Shown here piece by piece: positions 35,211 to 53,589 of a stretch of DNA of 64,000 bases. Every line of letters starts with the position of its first letter. Position 1 is the stretch's first letter. The position numbers and the translations under genes were made by a program. Under the pieces are notes generated by a model, which saw only the letters and a program-made list of their open reading frames with translations, did not search any database and was not told the origin of the DNA. The stretch comes from Macrostomum hystrix. Lineage: Eukaryota; Animalia; Platyhelminthes. The stretch spans positions 3,782,001 to 3,846,000 of the forward strand of contig CATNEN010000002.1 of assembly GCA_950097015.1 (NCBI GenBank). The letters are read 5' to 3'.

Positions 35211-36103
35211 CTAGACACACCACCTCAATTCTCTACTACAACTGTCTTATCTTTCTACCCATAGCTTTCTATGGAATTCTGATCATCCGAGAATAGGAAG
35301 TGTTTTTGTGAAGCGTTAAGAAGCGTGATGTGTCCGCGATAACAATTCAAAACGTGATTCACATACGCAAGGAAAAGGAAGGATGATCGCATGCTTTTTG
35401 GTAAAAAATAGAGATGCAGTTAAAAAATGAGATAGAAATAGAGATTTGTAACAAACTCTTGCACTAACAATTGCCGCGATGTTATCACATTTTGCAGATT
35501 GTAGAGAAAAAGTAAAACAAGATTAACAAAATCACAAATTAGAAGTGGTAATCAATTTAACGCAGATTTCGCAGATTCTTAACTGCGAGATGTACATGCA
35601 CACTGTACGCTCTGGCAATCACTCGCTTGTACAGTGCGGGGGTTGAACAATGCGGCCAACACAGACAGTTGCATGAGATTTATTATGCAAGTTGCGTTAC
35701 GACTGGATAGAATGAATGAAACTTAGGAAAAGGAAAGCTCAATTAAATACCCGCGTTCTAACTACTGAACATCTCTTGGCTGTGAGTAGTATAACACAGA
35801 CAACAAGTGATTTTTGTTTGCATTTTTACGATGTTGAACAGAAGCCTCACGTTGAAAAGCAGAATTAAAGAATGATAGAGGATGAGGCATTGCAAGCGAT
35901 CAAGATGTAAGAAGGTATTTTTTTATAAAAGCATCGGTAATTTAAGAGACATGAATTTGCATGAATTTCTCGTGGACTAGAACAAAAGCAGGTATTTTTT
36001 GCTTCTTCAATTATATATTCTAGTCATTTGATAATTCGAGTTTTTCATCACGAAAATAGAAAATCAAGCGCTTCTTTCCTCAACTAAAAAACTATAGGCG
36101 AAA

Positions 36104-40709
<4,606 letters not shown>

Positions 40710-40809
40710 GGCCTGGGAAAGTGGAAAAGCAATTGGAACTCTTTCAACAGTGGTGTGGATTTGATTGTAACCTGTTTTGGAATCAAATAGACGCTTTTAG
40801 CAAGGTGAC

Positions 40810-41670
40810 AGATGCGATGGGAGACAGGGGAGAGGACGGGGGTGAGGGGACAGAGGAGAGAAGAGAGGGTAAAGAGGACTGTGGGGAGAGGAAAGAGGTG
40901 AGGGGAGGGAGGTAAGAGGAGAGGGGAGAGGAGAGTGGAGCGGGGACAGCGGAGAAGTGAGGGGAGAGGGGAGAGGGGAGAGGGAAGTGAGGACAGATGG
41001 GGTAGAGGGAGAGAGGACAGATGGGGTAGAGGGAGAGAGGACAGATGGGGTAGAGGGAGAGAGGACAGATGGGGTAGAGTGGAGAGAGGAAAGATGGGGT
41101 AGAGGGAGAGAGGACAGATGGGGTAGAGTGGAGAGAGGACAGATAAGGTAGAGTGGAGATAGGACAGATGGGGTGGAGTGGAGAGAGGACAGATGGGGTA
41201 GAGGGAGAGAGGACAAATGGGGTAGAGGGAGAGAGGACAGATGGGGTAGAGTGGAGAGAGGACAGATAAGGTAGAGTGGAGATAGGACAGATGGGGTGGA
41301 GTGGAGAGAGGACAGATGGGGTAGAGTGGAGATAGGACAGATGGGGTGGAGTGGAGAGAGGACAGATGGGGTAGAGGGAGAGAGGACAAATGGGGTGGAG
41401 TGGAGAGAGGACAGATGGGGTAGAGGGAGAGAGGACAAATGGGGTAGAGGGAGAGAGGACAGATGGGGTGGAGTGGAGAGAGGACAGATGGGGTAGAGGG
41501 AGAGAGGACAGATGGGGTAGAGGGAGAGAGGACAGATGGGGTAGAGTGGAGAGAGGACAGATAAGGTAGAGTGGAGATAGGACAGATGGGGTGGAGTGGA
41601 GAGAGGACAGATAAGGTAGAGTGGAGAGAGGACAGATAAGGTAGAGTGGAGAGAGGCAGAGTGGAGTGGA
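40810..41670. repeat. GA-rich ~23-25-bp minisatellite (gagaggacagatggggtagagtgga)
   Basis: Direct inspection. Confidence 0.92.
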
Positions 41671-41954
41671 CAGAGGACAAAAACCCAGACATGTGAAATC
41701 GAATCAGGTAGTCAGTGTCGGCAATACAGCCGAAATGTACGAGCTCGTATTTCCTGGAAAACGTTTCAATGTACTCAATATATGCAGTTCGACGCATAGC
41801 GGATAAACTTGGAGATTCAGATAGCAAAGCAGAAAATTGACAAGAAAGTAGAGAAAAACTAATTTAGGGACTTTATTTGTTCTGGCTTATAAAAGAAGGT
41901 TAATTACCATTAAATATTAGTCTCAGTGGGACTAGTCTAGTTGTGTGGGACACT

Positions 41955-44900
41955 GAACTGGGTGTCAGTGAGAACTGGGTGTCAGTGAGAACTGCAGGGT
42001 GTCAGTGAGAACTGGGTGTCAGTGAGAACTGCAGGGTGTCAGTGAGAACTGGGTGTCAGTGAGAACTGCAGGGTGTCAGTGAGAACTGGGTGTCAGTGAG
42101 AACTGCAGGGTGTCAGTGAGAACTGGGTGTCAGTGAGAACTGCAGGGTGTCAGTGAGAACTGGGTGTCAGTGAGAACTGCAGGGTGTCAGTGAGAACTGG
42201 GTGTCAGTGAGAACTGCAGGGTGTCAGTGAGAACTGGGTGTCAGTGAGAACTGCAGGGTGTCAGTGAGAACTGGGTGTCAGTGAGAACTGCAGGGTGTCA
42301 GTGAGAACTGGGTGTCAGTGAGAACTGCAGGGTGTCAGTGAGAACTGGGTGTCAGTGAGAACTGCAGGGTGTCAGTGAGAACTGGGTGTCAGTGAGAACT
42401 GTGTGTCAGTGAGAAGTGTGTGTCAGTGAGAAGTGTGTGTCAGTGAGTTCTGGGTGTCAGTGAGAACTGTGTGTCAGTGAGAACTGTGTGTCAGTGAGAA
42501 CTGCAGGGTGTCAGTGAGAACTGGGTGTCAGTGAGAACTGCAGGGTGTCAGTGAGAACTGGGTGTCAGTGAGAACTGCAGGGTGTCAGTGAGAACTGGGT
42601 GTCAGTGAGAACTGAAGGGTGTCAGTGAGAACTGGGTGTCAGTGAGAACTGCAGGGTGTCAGTGAGAACTGGGTGTCAGTGAGAACTGTGTGTCAGTGAG
42701 AACTGGGTGTCAGTGAGAACTGTGTGTCAGTGAGAACTGGGTGTCAGTGAGAACTGTGTGTCAGTGAGAACTGGGTGTCAGTGAGAACTGGGTGTCAGTG
42801 AGAACTGGGTGTCAGTGAGAACTGGGTGTCAGTGAGAACTGGGTGTCAGTGAGAACTGGGTGTCAGTGAGAACTGGGTGTCAGTGAGAACTGGGTGTCAA
42901 TGAGAACTGGGTGTCAATGAGAACTGGGTGTCAGTGAGAACTGGGTGTCAGTGAGAACTGGGTGTCAGTGAGAACTGGGTGTCAGTGAGAACTGGGTGTC
43001 AGTGAGAACTGGGTGTCAGTGAGAACTGGGTGTCAGTGAGAACTTGGTGTCAGTGAGAACTTGGTGTCAGTGAGAACTTGGTGTCAGTGAGAACTTGGTG
43101 TCAGTGAGAACTGGGTGTCAGTGAGAACTGGGTGTCAGTGAGAACTGCAGGGTGTCAGTGAGAACTGGGTGTCAGTGAGAACTGCAGGGTGTCAGTGAGA
43201 ACTGGGTGTCAGTGAGAACTGCAGGGTGTCAGTGAGAACTGGGTGTCAGTGAGAACTGCAGGGTGTCAGTGAGAACTGGGTGTCAGTGAGAACTGCAGGG
43301 TGTCAGTGAGAACTGGGTGTCAGTGAGAACTGTGTGTCAGTGAGAAGTGTGTGTCAGTGAGAAGTGTGTGTCAGTGAGTTCTGGGTGTCAGTGAGAACTG
43401 TGTGTCAGTGAGAACTGGGTGTCAGTAAGAACTGGGTGTCAGTGAGAACTGGGTGTCAGTGAGAACTGGGTGTCAGTGAGAACTGGGTGTCAGTGAGAAC
43501 TGTGTGTCAGTGAGAACTGGGTGTCAGTGAGAACTGGGTGTCAGTGAGAACTGGGTGTCAGTGAGAACTGGGTGTCAATGAGAACTGGGTGTCAGTGAGA
43601 ACTGTGTGTCAGTGAGAACTGGGTGTCAGTGAGAACTGGGTGTCAGTGAGAACTGGGTGTCAGTGAGAACTGGGTGTCAGTGAGAACTGGGTGTCAGTGA
43701 GAACTGGGTGTCAGTGAGAACTTGGTGTCAGTGAGAACTTGGTGTCAGTGAGAACTGGGTGTCAGTGAGAACTGGGTGTCAGTGAGAACTGGGTGTCAGT
43801 GAGAACTGGGTGTCAGTGAGAACTGGGTGTCAGTGAGAACTGCAGGGTGTCAGTGAGAACTGGGTATCAGTGAGAACTGGGTGTCAGTGAGAACTGGGTG
43901 TCAGTGAGAACTGGGTGTCAGTGAGAACTGGGTGTCAGTGAGAACTGGGTGTCAGTGAGAACTGCAGGGTGTCAGTGAGAACTGGGTGTCAGTGAGAACT
44001 GCAGGGTGTCAGTGAGAACTGGGTGTCAGTGAGAAGTGCAGGGTGTCAGTGAGAACTGGGTGTCAGTGAGAACTGCAGGGTGTCAGTGAGAACTGGGTGT
44101 CAGTGAGAACTGCAGGGTGTCAGTGAGAACTGGATGTCAGTGAGAACTGCAGGGTGTCAGTGAGAACTGGGTGTCAGTGAGAACTGCAGGGTGTCAGTGA
44201 GAACTGGGTGTCAGTGAGAACTGGGTGTCAGTGAGAACTGGGTGTCAGTGAGAACTGCAGGGTGTCAGTGAGAACTGGGTGTCAGTGAGAACTGCAGGGT
44301 GTCAGTGAGAACTGGATGTCAGTGAGAACTGCAGGGTGTCAGTGAGAACTGGGTGTCAGTGAGAACTGCAGGGTGTCAGTGAGAACTGGGTGTCAGTGAG
44401 AACTGCAGGGTGTCAGTGAGAACTGGGTGTCAGTGAGAACTGAAGGGTGTCAGTGAGAACTGGGTGTCAGTGAGAACTGCAGGGTGTCAGTGAGAACTGG
44501 GTGTCAGTGAGAACTGTGTGTCAGTGAGAACTGGGTGTCAGTGAGAACTGGGTGTCAGTGAGAACTGGGTGTCAGTGAGAACTGGGTGTCAGTGAGAACT
44601 GGGTGTCAATGAGAACTGGGTGTCAATGAGAACTGGGTGTCAGTGAGAACTGGGTGTCAGTGAGAACTGGGTGTCAGTGAGAACTGGGTGTCAGTGAGAA
44701 CTGGGTGTCAGTGAGAACTGGGTGTCAGTGAGAACTGGGTGTCAGTGAGAACTTGGTGTCAGTGAGAACTTGGTGTCAGTGAGAACTTGGTGTCAGTGAG
44801 AACTTGGTGTCAGTGAGAACTGGGTGTCAGTGAGAACTGGGTGTCAGTGAGAACTGCAGGGTGTCAGTGAGAACTGGGTGTCAGTGAGAACTGCAGGGTG

Positions 44901-46812
44901 TCAGTGAGAACTGGGTGTCAGTGAGAACTGCAGGGTGTCAGTGAGAACTGGGTGTCAGTGAGAACTGCAGGGTGTCAGTGAGAACTGGGTGTCAGTGAGA
45001 ACTGCAGGGTGTCAGTGAGAACTGGGTGTCAGTGAGAACTGTGTGTCAGTGAGAAGTGTGTGTCAGTGAGAAGTGTGTGTCAGTGAGTTCTGGGTGTCAG
45101 TGAGAACTGTGTGTCAGTGAGAACTGGGTGTCAGTAAGAACTGGGTGTCAGTGAGAACTGGGTGTCAGTGAGAACTGGGTGTCAGTGAGAACTGGGTGTC
45201 AGTGAGAACTGTGTGTCAGTGAGAACTGGGTGTCAGTGAGAACTGGGTGTCAGTGAGAACTGGGTGTCAGTGAGAACTGGGTGTCAATGAGAACTGGGTG
45301 TCAGTGAGAACTGTGTGTCAGTGAGAACTGGGTGTCAGTGAGAACTGGGTGTCAGTGAGAACTGGGTGTCAGTGAGAACTGGGTGTCAGTGAGAACTGGG
45401 TGTCAGTGAGAACTGGGTGTCAGTGAGAACTTGGTGTCAGTGAGAACTTGGTGTCAGTGAGAACTTGGTGTCAGTGAGAACTGGGTGTCAGTGAGAACTG
45501 GGTGTCAGTGAGAACTGGGTGTCAGTGAGAACTGGGTGTCAGTGAGAACTGCAGGGTGTCAGTGAGAACTGGGTGTCAGTGAGAACTGGGTGTCAGTGAG
45601 AACTGGGTGTCAGTGAGAACTGGGTGTCAGTGAGAACTGGGTGTCAGTGAGAACTGGGTGTCAGTGAGAACTTGGTGTCAGTGAGAACTTGGTGTCAGTG
45701 AGAACTTGGTGTCAGTGAGAACTTGGTGTCAGTGAGAACTGGGTGTCAGTGAGAACTGGGTGTCAGTGAGAACTGCAGGGTGTCAGTGAGAACTGGGTGT
45801 CAGTGAGAACTGCAGGGTGTCAGTGAGAACTGGGTGTCAGTGAGAACTGCAGGGTGTCAGTGAGAACTGCAGGGTGTCAGTGAGAACTGGGTGTCAGTGA
45901 GAACTGCAGGGTGTCAGTGAGAACTGGGTGTCAGTGAGAACTGCAGGGTGTCAGTGAGAACTGGGTGTCAGTGAGAACTGTGTGTCAGTGAGAAGTGTGT
46001 GTCAGTGAGAAGTGTGTGTCAGTGAGTTCTGGGTGTCAGTGAGAACTGTGTGTCAGTGAGAACTGGGTGTCAGTAAGAACTGGGTGTCAGTGAGAACTGG
46101 GTGTCAGTGAGAACTGGGTGTCAGTGAGAACTGGGTGTCAGTGAGAACTGTGTGTCAGTGAGAACTGGGTGTCAGTGAGAACTGGGTGTCAGTGAGAACT
46201 GGGTGTCCGTGAGAACTTTGTGTCAGTGAGAACTGGGTGTCAGTGAGAACTGGGTGTCAGTGAGAACTGTGTGTCAGTGAGAACTGGGTGTCAGTGAGAA
46301 CTGGGTGTCAGTGAGAACTGGGTGTCAGTGAGAACTGGGTGTCAGTGAGAACTGGGTGTCAGTGAGAACTGGGTGTCAGTGAGAACTGGGTGTCAGTGAG
46401 AACTTGGTGTCAGTGAGAACTTGGTGTCAGTGAGAACTTGGTGTCAGTGAGAACTTGGTGTCAGTGAGAACTGGGTGTCAGTGAGAACTGAGTGTCAGTG
46501 AGAACTGGGTGTCAATGAGAACTGGGTGTCAGTGAGAACTGGGTGTCAGTGAGAACTGGGTGTCAGTGAGAACTGGGTGTCAGTGAGAACTGGGTGTCAG
46601 TGAGAACTGGGTGTCAGTGAGAACTTGGTGTCAGTGAGAACTTGGTGTCAGTGAGAACTTGGTGTCAGTGAGAACTTGGTGTCAGTGAGAACTGGGTGTC
46701 AGTGAGAACTGGGTGTCAGTGAGAACTGGGTGTCAGTGAGATCTGGGTGTCAGTGAGAACTGAGTGTCAGTGAGAACTGGGTGTCAGTGAGAACCGGGTG
46801 TCAGTGAGAAGT
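41955..46812. repeat. 15/18-bp satellite (gtgtcagtgagaact[g/gcag]g), ~4.9 kb, with higher-order structure
   Basis: Direct inspection; a diagnostic variant block recurs at 42411, 43342, 45051 and 45990. Confidence 0.98.
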
Positions 46813-47707
46813 TAGATTAGTTTAGATAAAGTTAGGTTAGATGAAAATGTACTGTGAATGGCACAGGATCTGTCATATTAACCCAGTGTGAATGGGTCAT
46901 GTGTCAGTGACTTGTATATTGCCTGTCTGTTAAGCATGTGAGTTGTGCTAGGGGTCAGATAGAGGGCGTCATGTCACTGTCAGTGAGTGGATTAAGATCC
47001 TTTGAAATTGAGCTACATGCAGCTACTGCAGGGTGTGGGCTAATAGATGGAATATTGTTCTGAAGCGGCTTAGAAATCGGATTAACTGTCAAGTCAGGGG
47101 GGGGCTGATTCTGCTTTTGCTCGGTAAGAGAAGCTGGCCATATGAGAAAGCATAGGCTCGACTGTTCGCATGATTAAATTTTTCATCCAAAGGCCTGAAA
47201 ATGGCTGAGGATTTCTAACGCACAGACAGTGGGGGAAAGAGTGGGTGGGGAAGTGGCGAGAGAAGCAACAGCAGCAGCAGCTACGGGCAGTTGCTTCGAA
47301 TAAAGAAACTAGAAGGTACGATTCAGTTGTCAGGCAGAAAGAGATTGAGTCTGTCTTTAAATAAGATCCCTGACTGATTTTTAATCCAAGCACGAAGTAA
47401 ATTTTCATCTACTAAACAATTACTTATTTTTCGCGACAATAAAACTGCTCGCAACTGTTCTATTAATTATTTTTGTGCGTGGAAATAAAACTGCTAAACA
47501 ACTGCTATTGATTGAAATAATTAAGTATGACTGTCTGCAGATTCTTTTAGCTTTTTAAAGTAACTACTTGCTATTAGTGCACTTTGGGGTGACTATTTGC
47601 TTACCTTAACAGCAAGTTCTCACTGACACCCAGTTCTGACTATTTGTCACCCATACCCCAGCGGGCCGACATTTTTGTTAAATTGTATAATTTCTTTCGA
47701 ATGAATG

Positions 47708-48831
47708 AACTGGGTGTCAGTGAGAACTGGGTGTCAGTGAGAACTGGGTGTCAGTCAGAACTGGGTATCCGTGAGAACTGTGTGTCAGTGGAACTGGTCG
47801 TCAGTGAGAACTTGGTGTCAGTGAGAACTGGGTGTCAGTGAGAACTGGATGTCAGTGAGAACTGGGTGTCAGTGAGAACTGGGTGTCAGTGAGAACTGGG
47901 TGTCCGTGAGAACTGGGTGTCAGTCAGAACTGGGTATCCGTGAGAACTGTGTGTCAGTGAGAACTGGTCGTCAGTGAGAACTTGGTGTCAGTGAGAACTG
48001 GGTGTCAGTGAGAACTGGGTGTCAGTGAGAACTGGGTGTCCGTGAGAACTTTGTGTCAGTGAGAACTGGGTGTCAGTGAGAACTGGGTGTCAGTGAGAAC
48101 TGTGTGTCAGTGAGAACTGGGTGTCAGTGAGAACTGGGTGTCAGTGAGAACTGGGTGTCAGTGAGAACTGGGTGTCAGTGAGAACTGGGTGTCAGTGAGA
48201 ACTGGGTGTCAGTGAGAACTGGGTGTCAGTGAGAACTGGGTGTCAGTGAGAACTGGGTGTCAGTGAGAACTGGGTGTCAGTGAGAACTGGGTGTCAGTGA
48301 GAACTGGGTGTCAGTGAGAACTGGGTGTCAGTGAGAACTGGGTGTCAGTGAGAACTGCAGGGTGTCAGTGAGAACTGGGTGTCAGTGAGAACTGCAGGGT
48401 GTCAGTGAGAACTGGGTGTCAGTGAGAACTGCAGGGTGTCAGTGAGAACTGGGTGTCAGTGAGAAGTGTGTGTCAGTGAGAAGTGTGTGTCAGTGAGTTC
48501 TGGGTGTCAGTGAGAACTGTGTGTCAGTGAGAACTGGGTGTCAGTGAGAACTGGGTGTCAGTGAGAACTGGGTGTCAGTGAGAACTGGGTGTCAGTGAGA
48601 ACTGGGTGTCAGTGAGAACTGGGTGTCAGTGAGAACTAGGTGTCAGTGAGAACTGGGTGTCAGTGAGAACTGGGTGTCAGTGAGAACTGGGTGTCAGTGA
48701 GAACTGGGTGTCAGTGAGAACTGGGTGTCAGTGAGAACTGGGTGTCAGTGAGAACTGGGTGTCAGTGAGAACTGGGTGTCAGTGAGAACTGGGTGTCAGT
48801 GAGAACTGGGTGTCAGTGAGAACTGGGTGTC
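47708..48831. repeat. Second block of the same 15/18-bp satellite
   Basis: Same monomer, separated from the first block by ~0.9 kb of unique sequence. Confidence 0.97.
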
Positions 48832-49971
48832 GTTTTATACATTACTAAGTCAGTCAGGGCGGGAATTCCAAGCAAGCCAGCAGCACATGGCTAACTCACC
48901 AGCAGAAGTGGGGTTTAGTCGCGGCAGTGTGTTCAATGACAGTTGGCTCAGTAAAGCAGTGGCGTCAACATAGGTCCTACATGGTCGCCATTTCGTCCAG
49001 AATTTGTTCCACAGTTGCTGCACCTGATCCTGTCTATGGCTAAACTGCCGATTCCCCTGATAAATATTAAGGTGTGACTTCAACTTGCCCTGCAGTTAAG
49101 ATGCTCGATGTGACAGCTTTAATAGTGCGGCATTTGCTTCAACTAAAGAAAAATTGGATAAGAAAAAGAGTTTGGGGTTGAGGAAGCAAAATTTGGGAAT
49201 AGAATGTTTCTGGCTGAAAGAGGAGAGGGGGAGAGGAGCAGTGCCTGAAGGCTGGGGTGGCTGTACTGCTCCTCGCAGAAACGGGCAGGCGAAGCGCAAC
49301 TCCCTTCGCCCTGAGCCTCAGCGCGTCCGTCCATTCATCATCCTTCGCGGCACAGCCCGCGGCGGCCTTGGTTGGGGTGGCTGTCCTGGGATCCTTCTGC
49401 CCCGCTTCTACCCTTGTATCCCACTTCGTCTCTTCCCACTGGGTGTCAGCTGGTCTCCCCCCTACCCTTCTGTCGCAATGCCGGCATTATAATTGTGGGT
49501 TCGGCTGTACAGTCACTGAAACCGACGTAAAGCACTCCTGGGCGACAACCCCAAGTCCTATGTAAACCTCCCTAGATCCCCACCAGACAGTCTGCAACCA
49601 ACTGTAGACTTTAAGCCCTCTCCCGCTCCTCGTTTTTCTCATCTCGCCTCAATCCCAATCGCGAGCCCTCGGCCCTCATAGCCGCGGGTGGGCACTCCCG
49701 CACGCCTGGTCGAAAAGCGGAGTTTGGGAAGGCCAGTGAAGGAATGACGCCCTCGCTACTTAGGGCGGGTGGGTCTCAGGTTCAAGACCCGGCCAGCCCT
49801 GTCGTCGCCTCCCCAATCCCCCCCCTCCCAGTCGCCAACCCCTCAGCACACAACAAACCGCCTGCAGCTTCTGTCTCCTCCTCTGTCTCTGCTTCCACTG
49901 TGTTTTTAGACATCTTTCTCCCTTACCGATGGCCCAACAGTGTCTACACGGGCTCACTTTCAATTCAAGCT

Positions 49972-50008
<37 letters not shown>

Positions 50009-50267
50009 TGCTCTCTTCATTCTCGTCTGCTCGAGAAGAGACGCCGCCTTGACATCCAGCAGCCGAAGTGCTTTTGTCTCCCCCCGAGAGTGCAGGCTGA
50101 AGAATTCGCCCAAGCAGCTCTTCATTTTCCCTTTTTTAATCAGTAGGTCCCGAGTCCTACTCGCTCCCTTATCTCCCAGCCCGATGCTAACTAAGAGATT
50201 TGCACTTTCTAAACTGGCTCACAATGTCACAGCCTGCAGCAGGAAAATCATTTTAGAACCTTCTGCC

Positions 50268-50730
50268 TCTATCAATCTCAGTGTCGAATCTCTCTCTATC
50301 AATCTCAGGGTGTCGAATCTCTCTCTATCAATCTCAGGGTGTCGAATCTCTCTCTATCAATCTCAGGGTGTCGAATCTCTCTCTATCAATCTCAGGGTGT
50401 CGAATCTCTCTCTATCAATCTCAGGGTGTCTAATCTCTCTCTATCAATCTCAGGGTGTGACGAATCTCACTATCAATCTCAGGGTGTGACGAATCTCACT
50501 ATCAATCTCAGGGTGTGTCGAATCTCACTATCAATCTCAGGGTGTGTCGAATCTCACTATCAATCTCAGGGTGTGACGAATCTCACTATCAATCTCAGGG
50601 TGTGACGAATCTCACTATCAATCTCAGGGTGTGACGAATCTCACTATCAATCTCAGGGTGTGACGAATCTCACTATCAATCTCAGGGTGTGTCGAATCTC
50701 ACTATCAATCTCAGGGTGTGACGAATCTCT
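50268..50730. repeat. 25-27-bp minisatellite (tatcaatctcagggtgtcgaatctctctc variants)
   Basis: Direct inspection. Confidence 0.93.
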
Positions 50731-51164
50731 CTTCATGAGTCTTAATTTTTTGAATCTCCAGTCTTACAAAATTTTCAATAAATCAATATATAAATAAAAC
50801 TATATCAATACATTATTTCATGTCGGCCTTCCGTATTTTTCCATATAACCACAGGTGCTAGGTCTAAAAGCCCCAGTGAAGGGAGTGACCTGGCAGAGGC
50901 TGTTGTTTATTCATGCAGTTGAATTCCTCATGTTTACACCACAGCCTATCGTCTTCCTCTGCCTCCATTGTCTCTCAGTCTTCTTCTCTCTCTCATCCTT
51001 GATGACGGATCCACCGCAAATTCAGTTTGAATTGCTTCAGCTGAAGCAGCGGCGCTGCAAAACTGGCATTTTCTGACATGGGATATTATACATATATAGT
51101 TCTTTGCCTGTTTGCATTCCGTTAGTTTTTTATGGGAAAACTAAAAGTACATCCTAAGATCGTA

Positions 51165-51530
51165 GATAGAGAGGTGAGAAGGAGAGAGGGAGAAGAGGAG
51201 GGGTAAGGAGAGGGAGAAAGAGAGAAAAGGAGAGGGGGGAAGGAGAGGGAAAGAATGAGAGGGGGAGAAGGGGAGGGGAGAAGGAGAGGGGGAGAAAAGG
51301 AAGGGGAGAAAGAGAGGGGAGAAGGAGAGGGGAGAAATAGAGGGGAGAAGGAGAGGGGAGAAGGAGAGGGGAGAAGGGGAGGGGAGAAGGAGAGGGGGAG
51401 AAAAGGAAGGAGAGTGGGAGAATGAGAGGGGGAGAAGGGGAGGGGAGAAAGAGAGGGGAGAAGGAGAGGGGAGAAATAGAGGGGAGATGGAGAGGGGAGA
51501 AACAGAGGGGGAGAATGAGAGGGAGAAAAA
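51165..51530. repeat. Polypurine GA-rich tract
   Basis: Direct inspection. Confidence 0.9.
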
Positions 51531-52080
51531 GATTAGGTAGAAAGTGCAGTTGATACAAAGCTCCAATATTTTCTGAAAAAAAGGAATTTAATCCTATTTC
51601 ACCGGTAAGGCGTGAAACAGCTGCCCCTTTTTCCTGCCTTTTAGTTTCTGCTTTTCCCTGACAAGCAGCCATTTTTTTCTGTCGACAAATATTTGCTCCT
51701 TATTCTGTTGGGCTGAAAATATATTTTCAGATAATATAAGCGAACTGCGACACCTTAGGATTCTCAAAAAATGTAGATTACTTTTTTACTATTTAAGAAA
51801 GCCACTTTCGTGCTTTTTAGCAAGTCTGTCTTGCCCTGCTGCGAATGTCCACTTGGACACGAGCGGCACTTCAGCAGTCTTGGTTTATTAAACTAACCAA
51901 AACTTAACACTTGCAACAATATGTCCCGTTCCCAATGCAAAGCTTTTTTCGATTTGTCTATTATACTGTATACAATGACCACTTTATCAATTGTAACTTG
52001 GGTCGGCAAACTCCGGGCCTAAAACTCCAGAATCTCACACACAGGCACTTTTCAAATGCTGCCCATAAACATTTTCAAAT

Positions 52081-52920
52081 GTCTCATCTCTCCCGTGTCT
52101 CATCTCTCCTGTGTCTCATCTCTCCCGTGTCTCATCTCTCCCGTGTCTCATCTCTCCCCTGTCTCATCTCTCAGTGTCTCATCTCTCCCGTGTCTCATCT
52201 CTCCCGTGTCTCATCTCTCCCGTGCCTCATCTCTCCCGTGTCTCATCTCTCCCGTGTCTCATCTCTCCCGTGTCTTATCTCTCCCGTGTCTCATCTCTCC
52301 CATGTCTCATCTCTCCCCTGTCTCATCTCTCAGTCTCTCATCTCTCCCCTGTCTTATCTCTTCCGTGTCTCATCTCTCCCCGTGTCTCATCTCTCCCGTG
52401 TCTTATCTATCCTGTGTCTCATCTCTCCCGTGTCTCATCTCTCCCCTGTCTCATCTCTCAGTGTCTCATCTCTCCCGTGTCTCATCTCTCCCGTGCCTCA
52501 TCTCTCCCGTGTCTCATCTCTCCCGTGTCTCATCTCTCCCGTGTCTCATCTCTCCCCTGTCTCATCTCTCAGTGTCTCATCTCTCCCGTGTCTCATCTCT
52601 CCCGTGTCTTATCTCTCCCGTGTCACATCTCTCCCATGTCTCATCTCTCCCCTGTCTCATCTCTCAGTCTCTCATCTCTCCCTGTCTTATCTCTTCCGTG
52701 TCTCATCTCTCCCCGTGTCTCATCTCTCCCATGTCTTATCTATCCTGTGTCTCATCTCTCCCGTGTCTCATCTCTCCCCTGTCTCATCTCTCAGTGTCTC
52801 ATCTCTCCCGTGTCTCATCTCTCCCCTGTCTCATCTCTCAGTGTCTCATCTCTCCCGTGTCTCATCTCTCCCGTGTCTCATCTCTCCCGTGTCTCATCTC
52901 TTCCGTGTCTCATCTCTCCC
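52081..52920. repeat. 16-bp minisatellite (gtgtctcatctctccc)
   Basis: About 50 units. Confidence 0.95.
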
Positions 52921-53281
52921 CGAAATCCGTCGAAATCCGTGGAAATCCGTAGAAAAAGCGAACTTTCCAAGAAACCCTAGAGATCGCTCAAGTCTTCGCT
53001 ATGACGCGCACGGATCTAGATTAAAATTATTCATAAACGGTTAAGCTCAAAAACTTGATTCTCCTCTAAGAAGATGTCGAGTCACTTTACCGGCTGATTT
53101 CAAGAGTCGAATCGCGTACGTGACTAAATGCCAGACTAGCCAAAGTGAATTCGAGGCCTAGAAAGCCAAATTTGTATCCGATTTCTTATAGGCACAGCTT
53201 TGCCCAATAACTATTAAAAACTATTTCTTGATTTAAAACCAAAGTTATCAAATCACAGCAGCGAGTTCGACACAAACTGAC

Positions 53282-53519
53282 TGTTGCATATGCTGCATGC
53301 TATGCTGATTTATTTATAGACTTATTCTCGTCTAAAAGTAGTCTATGTGCCATTGAGGCAAAATGCTACTGTACATCTTGTTTGCTAGAAGCTTCAATGC
53401 CCCTTAAGGGTAAAGAAATATAACAGCGAGCTTTAGGCTCATGCCAACTTGGAGCTGCTCTAATAACGCTCTTCTGCAATTCACAAACCCAAGTGCCTTC
53501 GTGTTCCTCAAACGTAACA
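53282..53519 (+). repeat. 5' LTR (238 bp)
   Basis: tgttgcatat...cgtaaca; no difference from the 3' copy seen by eye. Confidence 0.96.
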
Positions 53520-53530
53520 TGGCGACGAGG
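53520..53530 (+). promoter_or_regulatory. Primer-binding site TGGCGACGAGG, probably tRNA-Ser(GCU)
   Basis: Immediately after the 5' LTR. Complementary to ...CCTCGTCGCCA, the 3' end of metazoan tRNA-Ser(GCU) as recalled. Confidence 0.75.
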
Positions 53531-53589
53531 AAAAACCACTGGATTCACTGAAGAAGCTGTGTACTGACTACCTTACGTTCGCAGGAGTG

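Noticed and set aside
49925-51080. Possible upstream RGS exons on the minus strand (donor-like ccatcg|gtaagg near 49925; MEAEEDDRLWCK... near 50990)
   Set aside because: Their phases do not join the phase-0 acceptor at 40712 and there is no homology support; left unannotated.
51911-53044. SHLSRVSSLPCLI repeat ORFs
   Set aside because: A 16-bp tandem repeat giving the same peptide in all three frames.
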